A stretch of 64,000 nt of DNA from a virus. The translations under genes and the position numbers were made by a program. The stretch's first letter is position 1; each line of letters begins with the position of its first letter. Shown piece by piece: positions 32,201 to 38,181 of this stretch. The notes below the pieces were generated by a model. The model saw only the letters and a program-made list of their open reading frames with translations. It did no database searches and was not told the origin of the DNA. The stretch is from positions 1 to 64,000 of the IMG/VR virus record IMGVR_UViG_3300033516_000084; one strand, written 5' to 3'.

Positions 32201-34751
32201 CGTTAGTCACGGCATGAAATATAGAAACTCCGTCTTTCAACCCAGCTACACCTAAGGCTACGGTACCGATAATTCCGTCAAAAACACCTAGCTCATCCCC
32301 TACCGCTATCAGGTCGTTAATAAACGCCGCTATTTCAATACCTACGCCAATAAATCCGTCAACAATAGTCCCCAAGGACCTTACATTATCGGAGGCCAGT
32401 TTGGCCACAGATACTCCCATTTCTGTAAGCTCTGAGGAAAACTTCCTAACTTCCTCACCTGTAGACTTGGCCACATTCCCGGCTTTACCGGTGGCTTTTC
32501 CGTATTTATCTACAGCCTCCCCCGTAAGGTCAGTAGATTTGGCTATGGCATCAAAAGACTTCAGAAGGAAGGTGGCCTCATCTACCAGCGCACCGTAGGC
32601 GGGTAAAAGTTGTTTGCCTAAACTGTCTGCTAGGGTCTTGGTGTACCGTTCTAGAGAGCCTGCCTTTTTACCCACTGCCTCCATTGACTGTTCATAAGCC
32701 CCGGACAGTTTAGCGGCTTCAATCAAGGCCGCATTATTTACGGCCAATATCTTTTCTTGCTGTGAAAGGGCCGTTGATGCCTTTCCTACAGAGATTGCGT
32801 ACTTATTTTGGGCGGCTTCTATGTCAACAGCCAATCCCATGAACCGCATACCCATAGTATCCAACTGCTGGATATTGACTATCAACCTAGCAAAGGTTTG
32901 GGAGGAACCTTCTCCGGTAACAACAGCCAAATCTTGGGCAGCGCGGGCTAGGCGTTCCACATTGGATGCCGAACCCTCAGACTGGGGACCTAATGGTAGG
33001 CCAGCCTGAATCATCTTGGTCATTGAGTCAGCGGCATCTTGGGTGGTGATACCCTGCTTCTCTACGGCCTTCTGAAACCCTTTAATCTCCTTCTCAGAGT
33101 ACCCAGCATTCTGACCAACCACTTTAAGAGTAATACCCAGCACTTCTGTTCTAGCCGCATACTCTGCGGTCTTGGCTACACCATAAACAGCGGCTAGGGA
33201 CATTAGAGTACCGGCCAAGTCTTTTAATTGACCTTTTACAGAGCCCACCGGGTCTTTTAGGGCCTTTACAGAGCCCAACACATCATTTAATCCCCCTTTT
33301 GCTTTACCTGCCCCGCCACCAGCAGCGGTTAGCGCACCACCCATGGCACCAGCACCCCCTGCTACTGAAGACAAGGAGCTAGCCACATCTTGTGAGGTAC
33401 GGGCAATGGCTGTCATAGCCTGTGCATTACTCAGGGCCGCGCCTGATGCGGTTGCCAGTGCCTGTGCTGAACTACGTTCTGCGGTAGCCAAGCTCTCAGC
33501 GGATACAGCAGCAGACTCTGCGCTTGTGGCAGCGGTAGTTAGGGCCGTAGCCGCACTTGTAGCTGAAATTGCCTGCCCCTCTAAGGCGGTAGCGGTGGCA
33601 GTGGCAGAAGTGGCGGCACTCTCTGCGGAAACTGCCAGTGATTCAGAGGAAACGGCTGTAGCCTGTAAGGACGTAGCTAGGCTATTGGCCCCAACGTCTA
33701 GGCCTCCTAGGGCGGTGGCGGTGGCAGCAGCGGCTGTCGCAAGGGACTGGTCTGCTGTAGCCTTAGCTCTTGCTGCTACAGCAGCCGCTTCCAATTGAGT
33801 AGAAGTTGTAGTTGCAGCGGTTGCCTGGGACTGCAATGTGGTTGCTGCTGTAGTTGCAGCAGTAGCCGCATCAGCATCAGAAGCCGCTTTGCTTTTTGCA
33901 GCAACAGCGGCACTTTCCATTGACGTGGCTGCATTGTTTGCGGAAACCGCTAGTTCTTCTGCCGCTTTTGCAGCAGATACAGCAGCAATGGCGGCGTTAT
34001 TATCTGTCACAGCCATTGCCTGGGACGCTTCAGCCTTGGCCTTGGCTGACTTTGTAAATGACGAAACAATACCACCAAGTATTGAATTACCAGAGATAGA
34101 AGTTTGTAAGGCCTTAGCCTCAGCATCTAGGGCGGTAGCATTGGAGTTGGCAGCAGTGGCTAAAGTTTTATAAGCAGTTGCTGCATCCTGGGCACTTTTA
34201 CCGGATGCGAATAGGGCGGTGGCCTCGTCCTGCATGGCCTTGGCCGTGGCGGTCATTGTCGTAGCCAAGGAGTTGGCAGCGACATTTGTACCACCTAGGG
34301 CGGCGGCATCCTCCCTAGCCGCTGTAGCCAGTAGTTGGTAGGCGTTGGTTGCGGTCTGGGCCTTAGCAGCCGCATCTGTGGACGATGTAGCACTGGTCTG
34401 CATCGTCTTGGCCTGCTCAAGCATGGCCTTTGAGTTTGCAGTAGCCGCATCAGCCACGTTACGTAGAGTAGTAGCGGCTTCTTGAGCGGTAGCAGTTAGA
34501 CCAGCGTTAGTATTGGTAGCAGCGGATGCGGCGGCGGCATTAGCAGCTACCTGTAGGGCCGCAGCATTGGCCGCAGCACCCATATTGGTCATCCCCGTGG
34601 ACAGGGATTGTGTAGCTGTAGTTGCGGACGTTATACCGGCACCGGCTGTTGACCCCGCAGTACCTGCTCTGGTTATTGAATCAATAACCTTTTGCAGGTC
34701 TGTCAGACCCTCGACAAGCAGTTTAATCTTAATTTCAAGGGTGGATGCCAT
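17214..34751 (-). CDS. Giant tape measure protein (5845 aa)
   Basis: Position after the tail tube and chaperone genes; Ala-rich helical N-terminus; TMP core (LARAAQDLAVV...QQLDTMG); C-terminal FAxGG...DTVPAMLTPGEFV motif typical of TMP C-termini. Confidence 0.9.
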   Translation of the reverse strand: MASTLEIKIKLLVEGLTDLQKVIDSITRAGTAGSTAGAGITSATTATQSLSTGMTNMGAAANAAALQVAANAAAASAATNTNAGLTATAQEAATTLRNVADAATANSKAMLEQAKTMQTSATSSTDAAAKAQTATNAYQLLATAAREDAAALGGTNVAANSLATTMTATAKAMQDEATALFASGKSAQDAATAYKTLATAANSNATALDAEAKALQTSISGNSILGGIVSSFTKSAKAKAEASQAMAVTDNNAAIAAVSAAKAAEELAVSANNAATSMESAAVAAKSKAASDADAATAATTAATTLQSQATAATTTSTQLEAAAVAARAKATADQSLATAAAATATALGGLDVGANSLATSLQATAVSSESLAVSAESAATSATATATALEGQAISATSAATALTTAATSAESAAVSAESLATAERSSAQALATASGAALSNAQAMTAIARTSQDVASSLSSVAGGAGAMGGALTAAGGGAGKAKGGLNDVLGSVKALKDPVGSVKGQLKDLAGTLMSLAAVYGVAKTAEYAARTEVLGITLKVVGQNAGYSEKEIKGFQKAVEKQGITTQDAADSMTKMIQAGLPLGPQSEGSASNVERLARAAQDLAVVTGEGSSQTFARLIVNIQQLDTMGMRFMGLAVDIEAAQNKYAISVGKASTALSQQEKILAVNNAALIEAAKLSGAYEQSMEAVGKKAGSLERYTKTLADSLGKQLLPAYGALVDEATFLLKSFDAIAKSTDLTGEAVDKYGKATGKAGNVAKSTGEEVRKFSSELTEMGVSVAKLASDNVRSLGTIVDGFIGVGIEIAAFINDLIAVGDELGVFDGIIGTVALGVAGLKDGVSIFHAVTNAVFGAVIDVMGDVIKVFGYFIGLVPGLGDIGASIQEVGDKWKLAGNNIIDRGEKIIQNMAEGNSATMKFMGAVQQATIVLGDFGKAGNIVMLTKEMALLQEATVRNSLTFQDLAKANTLVTDQTVKLITQTKLSKEDLEKLITTAMSAGVVLPKQFQNIVSAMEALKVKAAEVKKSVDTIGTGTNIKDLTDQTNQLQRAVSDGAISASLASVKMLQLDNSQKVIAATTKLTTKEVFEFSKAVSAVGAILQTKFDEAMKGMGSNMSELKTGVEAKSAAIVASLETIAGSVLATGNTFSLYFEKALDQTKNVSMLEGLGKAVDAVREKGNNLLNIGELKAGGEAIQQAAIASVQLAQKFDEVFAAQLKAVSTKNEWDILIGSVVRLGSEGKISSDAIVVATDQMIIKLRQMSPEYIAVGKAIEALEPVAKALDTQLKLINETVGKTAAQAEASYGAMSKGFEQLSKLAGDFTKTALSEIEAYYKQQDAKITASATSATEADKRKLESFINCENDKIAALTKGADAQAGFDAKAAAAAKSALDVKLAALTQEEIKVGEALGKKLTSQATHDQQIADLALKKKNLLNDFNSKTTQDKITALESRKASYDQYINALMAKEAELLNQIKSNDEAVKQLKMSSADLIRSMEKGAMKDAEKYYANVSDLAKKQSELVAAAAKGDTKVAEKLYGDVTSLAQTLTAGYSENGKVIVAATDGARRGGDAVAEGAAALATAYANSNSSINSGLNTVIGNLSQMRSMSAGVVDKLKELRTSLESGIKGNISLNSADAMQKAKDLQALLGKQEYVKSVKLKVDEATEALNVMRADVEKGGPFKLHPVVTAVEAALDNIRTDLSLPMEMRVSAAQALKDVRAVTLAIEETAKMKAIELTIKDNAKDVEASVTGLKAKVLDLEKGGTVTIKAETAATQTAIEAVKAADANLKALLEKEKKLVVGSKEAIATIDAAKTAKESLDKALDLQKTINVDTSALKLAMADVMVKQKEFDDAVKAKKELELSGANASAAIETVKTKQKELGMALATELSLKIGIDTATNELNKITTQSTTMQGAVGLLTVVKVDVNDALKNVNSVKDAKDALDKAMLNTPAMVVITDKVNTDLAAIKLIQEEIKKPVPVGLTTEQATERTNTLQAKLVALEAQAKKDLAIKATIEGEVEVNLVEKALKGVVVQQDTVNGKTTIVKVEGEPAIAGIKKGLEGASSAINTINGQTVAPSVNTMPIDGFISKVQSALDWWRKLGEAKGGIDDTFPMPNLPKKPDSPNAPETSSDVNDYFPLKKPSEPKKPVAPTPEEVSRKAREAAQDVKDADTIAASIKALKQLNGPTPAEVEAANAAKIAAADKANPDLAKTPVNKPKPKPTPDATGLAPGESGSRTGMPSMHQDSGKYVPPASDSSPSNRNNQTGNKTPSKAAEDPSKTIFKVVDSDGKVTYSNQRPSADAKPVDLSKPMDLSKPKPEAAPLPPIVTQDQRDDEAGRPRRGPVEVGPKGPAERMADAVNRPPADALGTWYDEKMRVDASEAKNNQTLAAQAKANGYKPTVLDNLKASKSVPQDQNNPSQYNPVTPPVQSIAPKASEPSPQFPLEGNAKQVADATLATAKKLKKDVAAEMPIPAPVTTDAPEQAKAIDTALKGIPDATPKVAVDDNDVSPAIAGVNKDIATVEPTVPVDIAATSNMGPVAQAANVAAASVPTKINTDFMGNPKSAEEAASGANLAIASVPVETEAKISGASDVPGKVDLSNAALAAMPPITPVKIETATNAPEVAQTSTEAVTGVPDVTPKINPDDSAVGPAVAASDTAMGAAKGAEPAIEPDTSGVAAAVSASDTALDAAKGADPAITPDTSAVQPSVAASDTALGAAKGADPAITPNIDAVSPAVTSSDTALGAAKGAEPAITPNIDSVAPAVTASDTTIAAAHGATPAITPNTDAVSPAVAASDTALAAAQGASPDIIPDTTAVQPAIAASDAAVTAAQGATPDIIPDTTGVQPAVDASNAAVTAAQGATPDIIPDTTAVQPAVDASNAAVGAAQGATPDIVPDTTAVQPAVDASNAAVTAAQGASPAITPDITAVVPAVAESDAAMGAAQDAAPAIIPDTAAVGPAVDSVNAALGTVKSDTTATVTVSSNDGQVVPAVVTSLGSIPDSETVDISATSTVEPVAAAATAAVEAVPDLATVDIAATSDVPDKAEEATTALRDIPPEVTTEMNASGDLVEGAIAAADAAKAIPTETNTDINGTDNLSPTVTTAQGAVSSLTGTTVSLDGTDNVSPVVSTAQGSVSGLTGTSVSLDAVDNVSPPAWAAKASVDAVPDKTVTLTGVADMAQVEAAPAKLTAVEDESATLTITENSSEVVSTVQSALGGLSTSSQHQVNDNASEAAGNINALSGMNTSSTHTIHIVKVEDNKTGGEAGMVEYTGGSLTAIGSGSSSSSSSSSSGSNTYSGPSSSSGLSGVDVVGMSGSAPSEFARGGSVNFPRMTTGVVPGSGFGDTVPRTLESGSFVLRNSAVGKYGSNLLNQFIGYAVGGQVQPQEVAYYARGGSARPVSAMLTPGEIVISPRMVAKYGTNFFNNINNSSMAPSALAGGRVRKFATGGEVDLTPGQKDEIYQARAAFDKRLQDTYNNEVEEITKAATRTVYFSDIGAAFRPDPTIAINKRLAELKEDFEAMKSRVNAQRAADPEEVGHYATGGSTDAPANTEVEKPVDMSVFKRAEAYIEAVQPMVAQHIRQSEGPAGSTSLGFVSRSEASWYGGADGGTSYGEELNFLKEQVFQPSRKPKASDFLRAEAILNKWKGYLPTVVGHSSASPQKFRIADIEEGIESSVKNYATGGKVMPPLKSYGTAVDENGKPVPLSDVKDPSRASQFATGGIALPKLSTPENPDVKPSLASNTGDVLKDRDLLKALEAKAKAGTLSPEESSIIEGLLGKYKTAFPELFSSGSMPDQSMLLKALEGFQGFADGGMASVGGPNGWKPLTDKGEAVGNNAKNALTPYSPAPDKVPEFFPSPSKDPKAWAAEDAAAERIYSTALSARKARLESNLAAALATAPSEEETIRRNYASTYEAPLTAITTAYTTAKSARASSRSGKEEPKQEYKVIPGIPTFYLPPPPEALGTFDEAMIEAQNPLDSKGNHKDPKKVQAKTANFADLTYQQSLLTPMTNAEIMVASGQKAPQTWDEIIADEKALDKANAGKGITPVRKFAIGGVVSQLDDLNSAYDDAKAKGDDQKAGELYQKIREEEEKNRAAGVSVQSIARLGATGPGMLGAKGPGQLGATTDSGTGYKARIGWTQPSSTGGYQARLGDPAKFATGGYAGSNSWWPADTNGRAYFESEYANQKAYQNHSAKYNRTVVDNEAKRDDGLRKHYEKSPVLTGSPGFVGIGDPGHSNNYTRGIGFTGDPGFGRAGVGEDVGEVSRNARGSGFTGDPGFGRAVDFDYLNESRNRRATPPILGPIRGYAFGGKVTPGSMGGTGYDDRWAREHPKDGKAPAKFATGGAVGSYNSDLSALKTAHNEDERKARIELAKAETKIQKDSSESSRVAAVTLDSTKKAAVRSFDFIKSEDQIQQSAASNKIDKDYKDLVDSGARAVETVKTNLEIARQESSRLNDVALTTAYQSIETGYTRQVTDTGVQTVRSKDQIALESARAVRDAETTASTEYKQAMQMDDPTSRSSAISTLMDTLTQTKESISSGTTAQVERADVAYSDTVAQLGVTKGYSIQDATTQLAAKTIEDSYQIDLQRKRVDSENEAKKVEDARLVARAHTDLSDSFDTKRQSDSSKFRFDNETLDINDQARATELVIQTNNAITSLKEDDKARSIEAQYQFELGKKEITAKYNGFATGGEVQAFATGGQVDSLFFEEGGSSDSSSFGAGLITNQSSWSGQDSAAYTAYTKARSRSPQGDLQSVDDSYDKSKSTREAERLTWLKSTGKDNIINRSLARPAFAEGGEVDYHAEGGSVGADAKKVEDALRHQREEHVQSERSTIQSGKDKQAADTKRGELEAFNGITTNEEKLAAEKQERTDTLSAGFDGSKAEVLELEDLVAQNRFDLANKDLEDDFSKLGSNPSDEDLYNFEKNKADLASAYQKATGAKASARAKPAYAEGGEVEYHAEGGPVGYYAEGGAVTDKDLVDAFNEVQRKSWIAKKAAKDALIKADTEANRVADVATAKSTADLDRTHKATVDAYDKELYKSRTAQDKNFTDTKKAGSTAHDKTEKDYRDADSETQRLAQLAYNTSATGMTTSYTRESDAASTSHKNTLRDNDTAYARTVAAGTKDYDKILSDSTESYANTARLDGIAHAKDTKNNDKSYSETTRLSKLSYDTGLSNNDRSFAANLNEEQIANSKASSDAATSYAETVSAGKIAKEKTVSDSNDAFKESGRKGDLAYAVSLSGIGTSFDRGVAAAGVQKERALSQLSAATDTAKGDANKVASAAMSKANKIEDPVAKAEAIKALKTDLVIKDTEASKAMTVGEASADQAYTQSVQDLTTTKTTSTEDVTTVNKARISEDGIAKSQQEESVEKEYQAKVASDEKSYQSSETARALDYSAKLAQELRAHNESDKEAGIALAEKNTEDGIQYKNAATEIEETYAAKAKEDKVQQDKDKAATDLAYKATYDQGKTAHLDSEEDIETSYKDQTSARYKTYSDNKTDLTTGYVAQKTEREVQYGITQRTVDNDYEAKKKEDIAQNTSALDSLQTAYTENMDSEAVQYKEGQRQIAEDASSRDTEAAVQLTNGLQEIEDTYKAQDIEDRAQLELSRKELRESKVGLAMGGKVVYPEATDGYSVFATGGDVGGESAAPDTGALPGLATDVGDAATIVSKWKDTLPSIFSTKGLATGESVFDLLKGLKGFAEGGNIAASDTVPAMLTPGEFVVPQDVVRNFGSDFFSKIAAAGSPMDWFRDHAKGYATGGMVDNASFPSPLSLQNADRIGSQFDFMTMPAMPITQGFAFEKGGLVNAPAPSQIVQVDLRSNGKQVSVEVASNKSSDLLALLGELKSRSM
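21917..22032. repeat. 35-bp direct repeat inside the TMP (encodes GFTGDPGFGRA twice)
   Basis: cagccctaccaaatcctgggtctccggtaaatcca at 21917-21951 and 21998-22032. Confidence 0.9.
25860..26860 (-). repeat. Tandem ~84-nt (28-aa) repeat array inside the TMP
   Basis: About 12 units of P(D/A)I(I/T)PDTTAVQPAV(D/A)AS(N/D)(A/T)A(V/L).AA(Q/K)GA(T/D/E); DNA units are near-identical around 26000-26330. Confidence 0.9.
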
Positions 34752-34752
34752 G

Positions 34753-35384
34753 TTAATCTCGCAAAGTTTGGATTATTTCCTGGAGCTTTTTTCCGTCTGC
34801 GTTGGTGCCTACGAAATTAGCCCAAGTTAAGTCACTTAGTTCATTGGCCCAACCCCTGCCTATGGCCTTTAGAAAGGCCTTAAACTGGGGGTAGGTATAC
34901 AACAGAATGTCGTTATACCTGTGGCCGTTTCTTATCAGGGTTTGGAAAGAGTTGGACCAGCTTGCGGGGTCTTGAACAGCTTTCCGCTTACTCCCGCTAC
35001 CAGCCCTGATAACAAGGGGAGCACTCTCTGGGTAAAAAAATCGAGGTTTACCTCTACTATCGCCCCAAACAGTTGTACCAGTTCATCCACACCAAGGTCG
35101 TCCACCCAGTCGCGGGGTTTGTTTACCAGCAAGGCCACGAGTTCTAGCACGGTGTCACTGTTCTCCATGACCAACGAGTAAATATCGAACCCATAGGTGT
35201 TTTCCTCTTCTGACTTGGCGCTCTTTGCCTTGTCTTTTGCAGACTTTAGCTGCTCATAGAAGGGGTGGGTAATACGCATGGCCTTAGAAAGTTGGCCCAC
35301 ACGAATTTGCTTGATTTCAAAGGTTTCACCGCGAAGGGTAACCATGATCGGCTCAGGCATAACCGCCAACATATCATCACTCAT
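34753..35384 (-). CDS. Tail assembly chaperone, long (G-T-like) form produced by -1 ribosomal frameshift
   Basis: Slippery T TTT TTT (plus-strand A7 at 35034-35040, in NLDFF). The -1 frame stays open (YPESAP...WSNSFQTLIRNGHRYNDILLYTYPQFKAFL...TLRD) to TAA at 34753-34755, 1 nt before the TMP start. Confidence 0.8.
34935..35384 (-). CDS. Tail assembly chaperone, short (G-like) form
   Basis: ORF 34935..35426; likely start MSDDML at 35384 after GGAG. W.DDL..DELVQL...IVEVNLDFF motif; lies between the tail tube gene and the TMP. Confidence 0.8.
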   Translation of the reverse strand: MSDDMLAVMPEPIMVTLRGETFEIKQIRVGQLSKAMRITHPFYEQLKSAKDKAKSAKSEEENTYGFDIYSLVMENSDTVLELVALLVNKPRDWVDDLGVDELVQLFGAIVEVNLDFFTQRVLPLLSGLVAGVSGKLFKTPQAGPTLSKP

Positions 35385-35528
35385 CTCGTTCTCCACACAG
35401 GTTAAAGGGTTTGTGTCTTTCAACACGCCCCTATCTTAGCACCCGTGGCACATACCTTTGAAATACTATGTGCAATTGATTGCACTAGGCCATAAAAAAA
35501 GGCCACTGGCTTTGGGTACGACACGGTT

Positions 35529-36000
35529 CTAAGCCGGGTGAGCTTGCCCCTTATCTCTGTACCGTTCTTTTTGGGCAGCACTCATTTTTGCACGGGTCTC
35601 GTCGCTCATATTTTTCTTTGCCACACTCATTTTTGCACGGGTTTCTTCTGAAAACCTTTTCCCTTTGTTTGCTTCACTCAATTTTTTACGAGTCTCTTCT
35701 GAGGGGGGAGATACCTTTTGAACCGTCACCACCTACAGTAAGATTACAAAGTTTGGCTCCACTGATGGCACGATACTGCGCAATCAATTGCACTTCTATG
35801 GCACAAGCAGCTTCCCAAGACAGGTTTTCATGCAGAATGGTGACTGTATAGGCGTACTTTTCTGTTGTGTTGTGCCAGTGCTGAGTGCGTTTAACCTCAG
35901 AGTAGGGCCTTCTGGGGTTGCCTATGCCCACGTAAAACACTATTCCATCTGAACGGGTGTGAGTGTACACGCAGGTATCACCTTTAGTTGATACTGACAT
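35529..36000 (-). pseudogene. GIY-YIG-like/NUMOD3 homing endonuclease, frameshifted
   Basis: 35686-36000 (CVYTHTRSDGIVFYVGIG...LCNLTVGGDG) and 35529-35732 (SEETRKKLSEANKGK NUMOD3-type repeats) together match intact 49440-50132; one extra base in the C6 run near 35703-35708. Confidence 0.8.
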
Positions 36001-36144
36001 TTTTTAGTCCTAGTACCCAAGAGCTACGCGGCCTTCCAAGCCGGAATTGCTAACCGGTGGGATTTCTCCCAACCCCGTAACCCTTTAATTCTTTAGCAAC
36101 GAACAAGACCTTGGAAAGCCTTACCACCCCGGTGTTGGTAGTTA

Positions 36145-36155
36145 CATTATAGCAT
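36145..36155 (-). promoter_or_regulatory. Extended -10 promoter (TGcTATAAT) upstream of the GIY-YIG-like gene
   Basis: Minus strand reads atgcTATAATg just downstream of a terminator U-tract. Confidence 0.5.
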
Positions 36156-36169
36156 AGTAGTGCTAAAAA

Positions 36170-36200
36170 TAAAAAAGGCCGGAATGACCGACCTTTTTTG
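36170..36200 (-). terminator. Intrinsic terminator after the HNH gene
   Basis: aaggtcggtcattccggcctttttt (stem-loop plus U6). Confidence 0.75.
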
Positions 36201-36238
36201 ACCCAGACTTTTGATCTGGGCATAAAGTAAAGCTGAGT

Positions 36239-36790
36239 TTAATTGAGCCACTTCCATGTACGGAGGTGCTTAATTGATTGTATCGCAGTAGGGGTGCTCT
36301 TGTATATAGCAGCTAGGGTATGGTGGCTTACTCCGGCCTTCAACTGTACCCTTATTTCCCTCACCTGGGTTTCTGTAAGGGCGGCGTTGGGGTGCTTTGA
36401 ACCCTGTAGGATAGTGCCATTCTTTATCATATCCTCATGGTTTTGCTTGCTGGTTCCCCAATACAGGTTGTCCAGTGTGTCGTTAGCCCGGTTGTCGTCC
36501 CTGTGCAGGGCCAGCCTGCCGTTGGCGGGGCCTACAAAGGCTTCCAGAAGTAATCTTGCTACAGTACTAGACTTTGTTTTGCCATCCTTGCATAGAACAA
36601 CACCCCTACGACCACTCTTTTGCAGTCCAATGGATAACAAGGTTCCTTTCAACTCTTTCAGAACATCACCAGTACCCTTCTTTGTGGGGTGATTTCTATG
36701 TAGAACTACACGGGTGACAGACTTTACCCTGCCTAGGTCTGATACCTCATACAACCCCTCGTACCCAACAACAGGTTTCCACTTCTCCAT
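36239..36790 (-). mobile_element. NUMOD4 + HNH homing endonuclease gene
   Basis: Start MEKWKPVVGYEGLYEVSDLGRVKS (NUMOD4) at 36790; LHRDDNRANDTLDNLYWGT..QNH HNH motif; C-terminal HTH-like segment. Confidence 0.88.
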
Positions 36791-36802
36791 TCTGTGCTCC
36801 AT

Positions 36803-36828
36803 AAAAAAGGCCGGAATGACCGGCCTTA
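36803..36828 (-). terminator. Intrinsic terminator after the tail tube gene
   Basis: aaggccggtcattccggcctttttt (stem-loop plus U6). Confidence 0.8.
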
Positions 36829-36854
36829 ATTTTAACACAGATTTTTGGTCTATA

Positions 36855-37607
36855 TTAATTGAGCTTCTGAACTTGGAAGAACTTCGAGCCCGTAGCACGC
36901 AGGCTGTCCGACAACACCGAGCCTTCGAGCGTGAACTGCTGAATAGCGTCGGAGATAAGAGCCAGCTCTTTCAACGGGTCAGTCAGGAACTTGAACACTT
37001 CAACCACAACCGGCACATTGCCTTCGGCGGTGTTCAGACCTTCAAAGCGCATGTACAGCTCACTGGTAGGTGCAGTAAGGGCATCAACCTTCACCTGGGT
37101 AGCGAAGGTGTAGTCAACGGTAACGACACCGCCATCAAGCAGACCTGTAATGGCAGGTGCAAACTTGAGTGAACCGGCTTCCAGGTTCACTTCGTAGTCC
37201 GTACCGTCAACCAGGGTAGCAGCGCCGTTCTTGACCACAACTGCCGACACCTTGAGGTTCTTCAACGAAGAAATCTTACCCAGATACACCGTAACAGCCT
37301 CACCGGTAACAGAGCCACCGGCGATAGTGACTGTCTCACCGCGCAGTGCATCAGCCAAATTAGCGGCCAAAAAGTTTTCCACGGTCATCGACAGGCTGGA
37401 CTTGGTTTCAGTAGTCAAACGCAGGTCGATAGCGCGTTGACCAGAACGGCTTTCCTTGTGTTCGATGTTGGACACCGCGACACTGATTTTCAGATCAGAG
37501 ACGTTACCAACGGGGATAAAGCCCATAGGCAGGCCTGTGGTGGGGGCGCGTTTTGCCAGAAGCACTACGCCCTGACCCGAGAAATAGCTATTGGTGGTAT
37601 CCCACAT
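36855..37607 (-). CDS. Major tail (tube) protein
   Basis: 250 aa, YFSGQG.V...GNVS.L......EHKESRSGQR..D...LRFEGLNTA...LALI.D....F.LEG.VL.D; strong RBS, own terminator, highly biased codon usage. Confidence 0.88.
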   Translation of the reverse strand: MWDTTNSYFSGQGVVLLAKRAPTTGLPMGFIPVGNVSDLKISVAVSNIEHKESRSGQRAIDLRLTTETKSSLSMTVENFLAANLADALRGETVTIAGGSVTGEAVTVYLGKISSLKNLKVSAVVVKNGAATLVDGTDYEVNLEAGSLKFAPAITGLLDGGVVTVDYTFATQVKVDALTAPTSELYMRFEGLNTAEGNVPVVVEVFKFLTDPLKELALISDAIQQFTLEGSVLSDSLRATGSKFFQVQKLN

Positions 37608-37749
37608 GATGTAACTCCTAGATTGAAAATGTTAACCGAAAAAGTCCTGTACGAACTACTTACTAACCTACCAGCCCGTCTCAGTTAGGATGCCTACCCG
37701 TTGGTGTTGGCAGTACCTAAATTATAGCCACCCTTTATGCACCTACTAA

Positions 37750-38181
37750 TTACCGGACAATGATCTTTGTTGACCACCGTTGTACCCACAAGGCTTTATC
37801 TGGAAAACTGTCTGAATATCCCTCTGATAGGAACTCCCAAGGGTGTCCTGCGGGTGAACTTTTTCCTTCTAGGGCAGTCCCCATTGCGTCCAATATATTG
37901 ATGCCCGGTATCTCCTGCACCACGTTGTCGGATAAGGATGTACTGTCTATTGCCATGTACAGACCAAAGTGTGCGGTCTTGGACACAGCTCTTTTGGTGC
38001 CACCGGGCTCAGGATTCCCTGTCATTCCCTCGTACACTATGCCTACTTGAGGCCCTTTTGCCCCTTTTATCATCCGTACCAGTTTCTCTGGGGTGTAGAC
38101 AATATGGGCCCTACCCTTTAGCTCTGCAATTGATTGCAGGGACTCCGTAATGTGCTGTAGGCACTGTTCAATTTTGGGCAC
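37750..38181 (-). CDS. Tail terminator-like protein
   Basis: ORF 37750..38331; probable GTG start at 38181 after CAGGAG; lies immediately before the tail tube gene. Confidence 0.6.
   Translation of the reverse strand: MPKIEQCLQHITESLQSIAELKGRAHIVYTPEKLVRMIKGAKGPQVGIVYEGMTGNPEPGGTKRAVSKTAHFGLYMAIDSTSLSDNVVQEIPGINILDAMGTALEGKSSPAGHPWEFLSEGYSDSFPDKALWVQRWSTKIIVR

Noticed and set aside
17503-34830. Many plus-strand ORFs (up to 307 aa) opposite the TMP
   Set aside because: Antisense shadows of an Ala/Thr-rich, repetitive coding strand; no RBS and no protein-like motifs.
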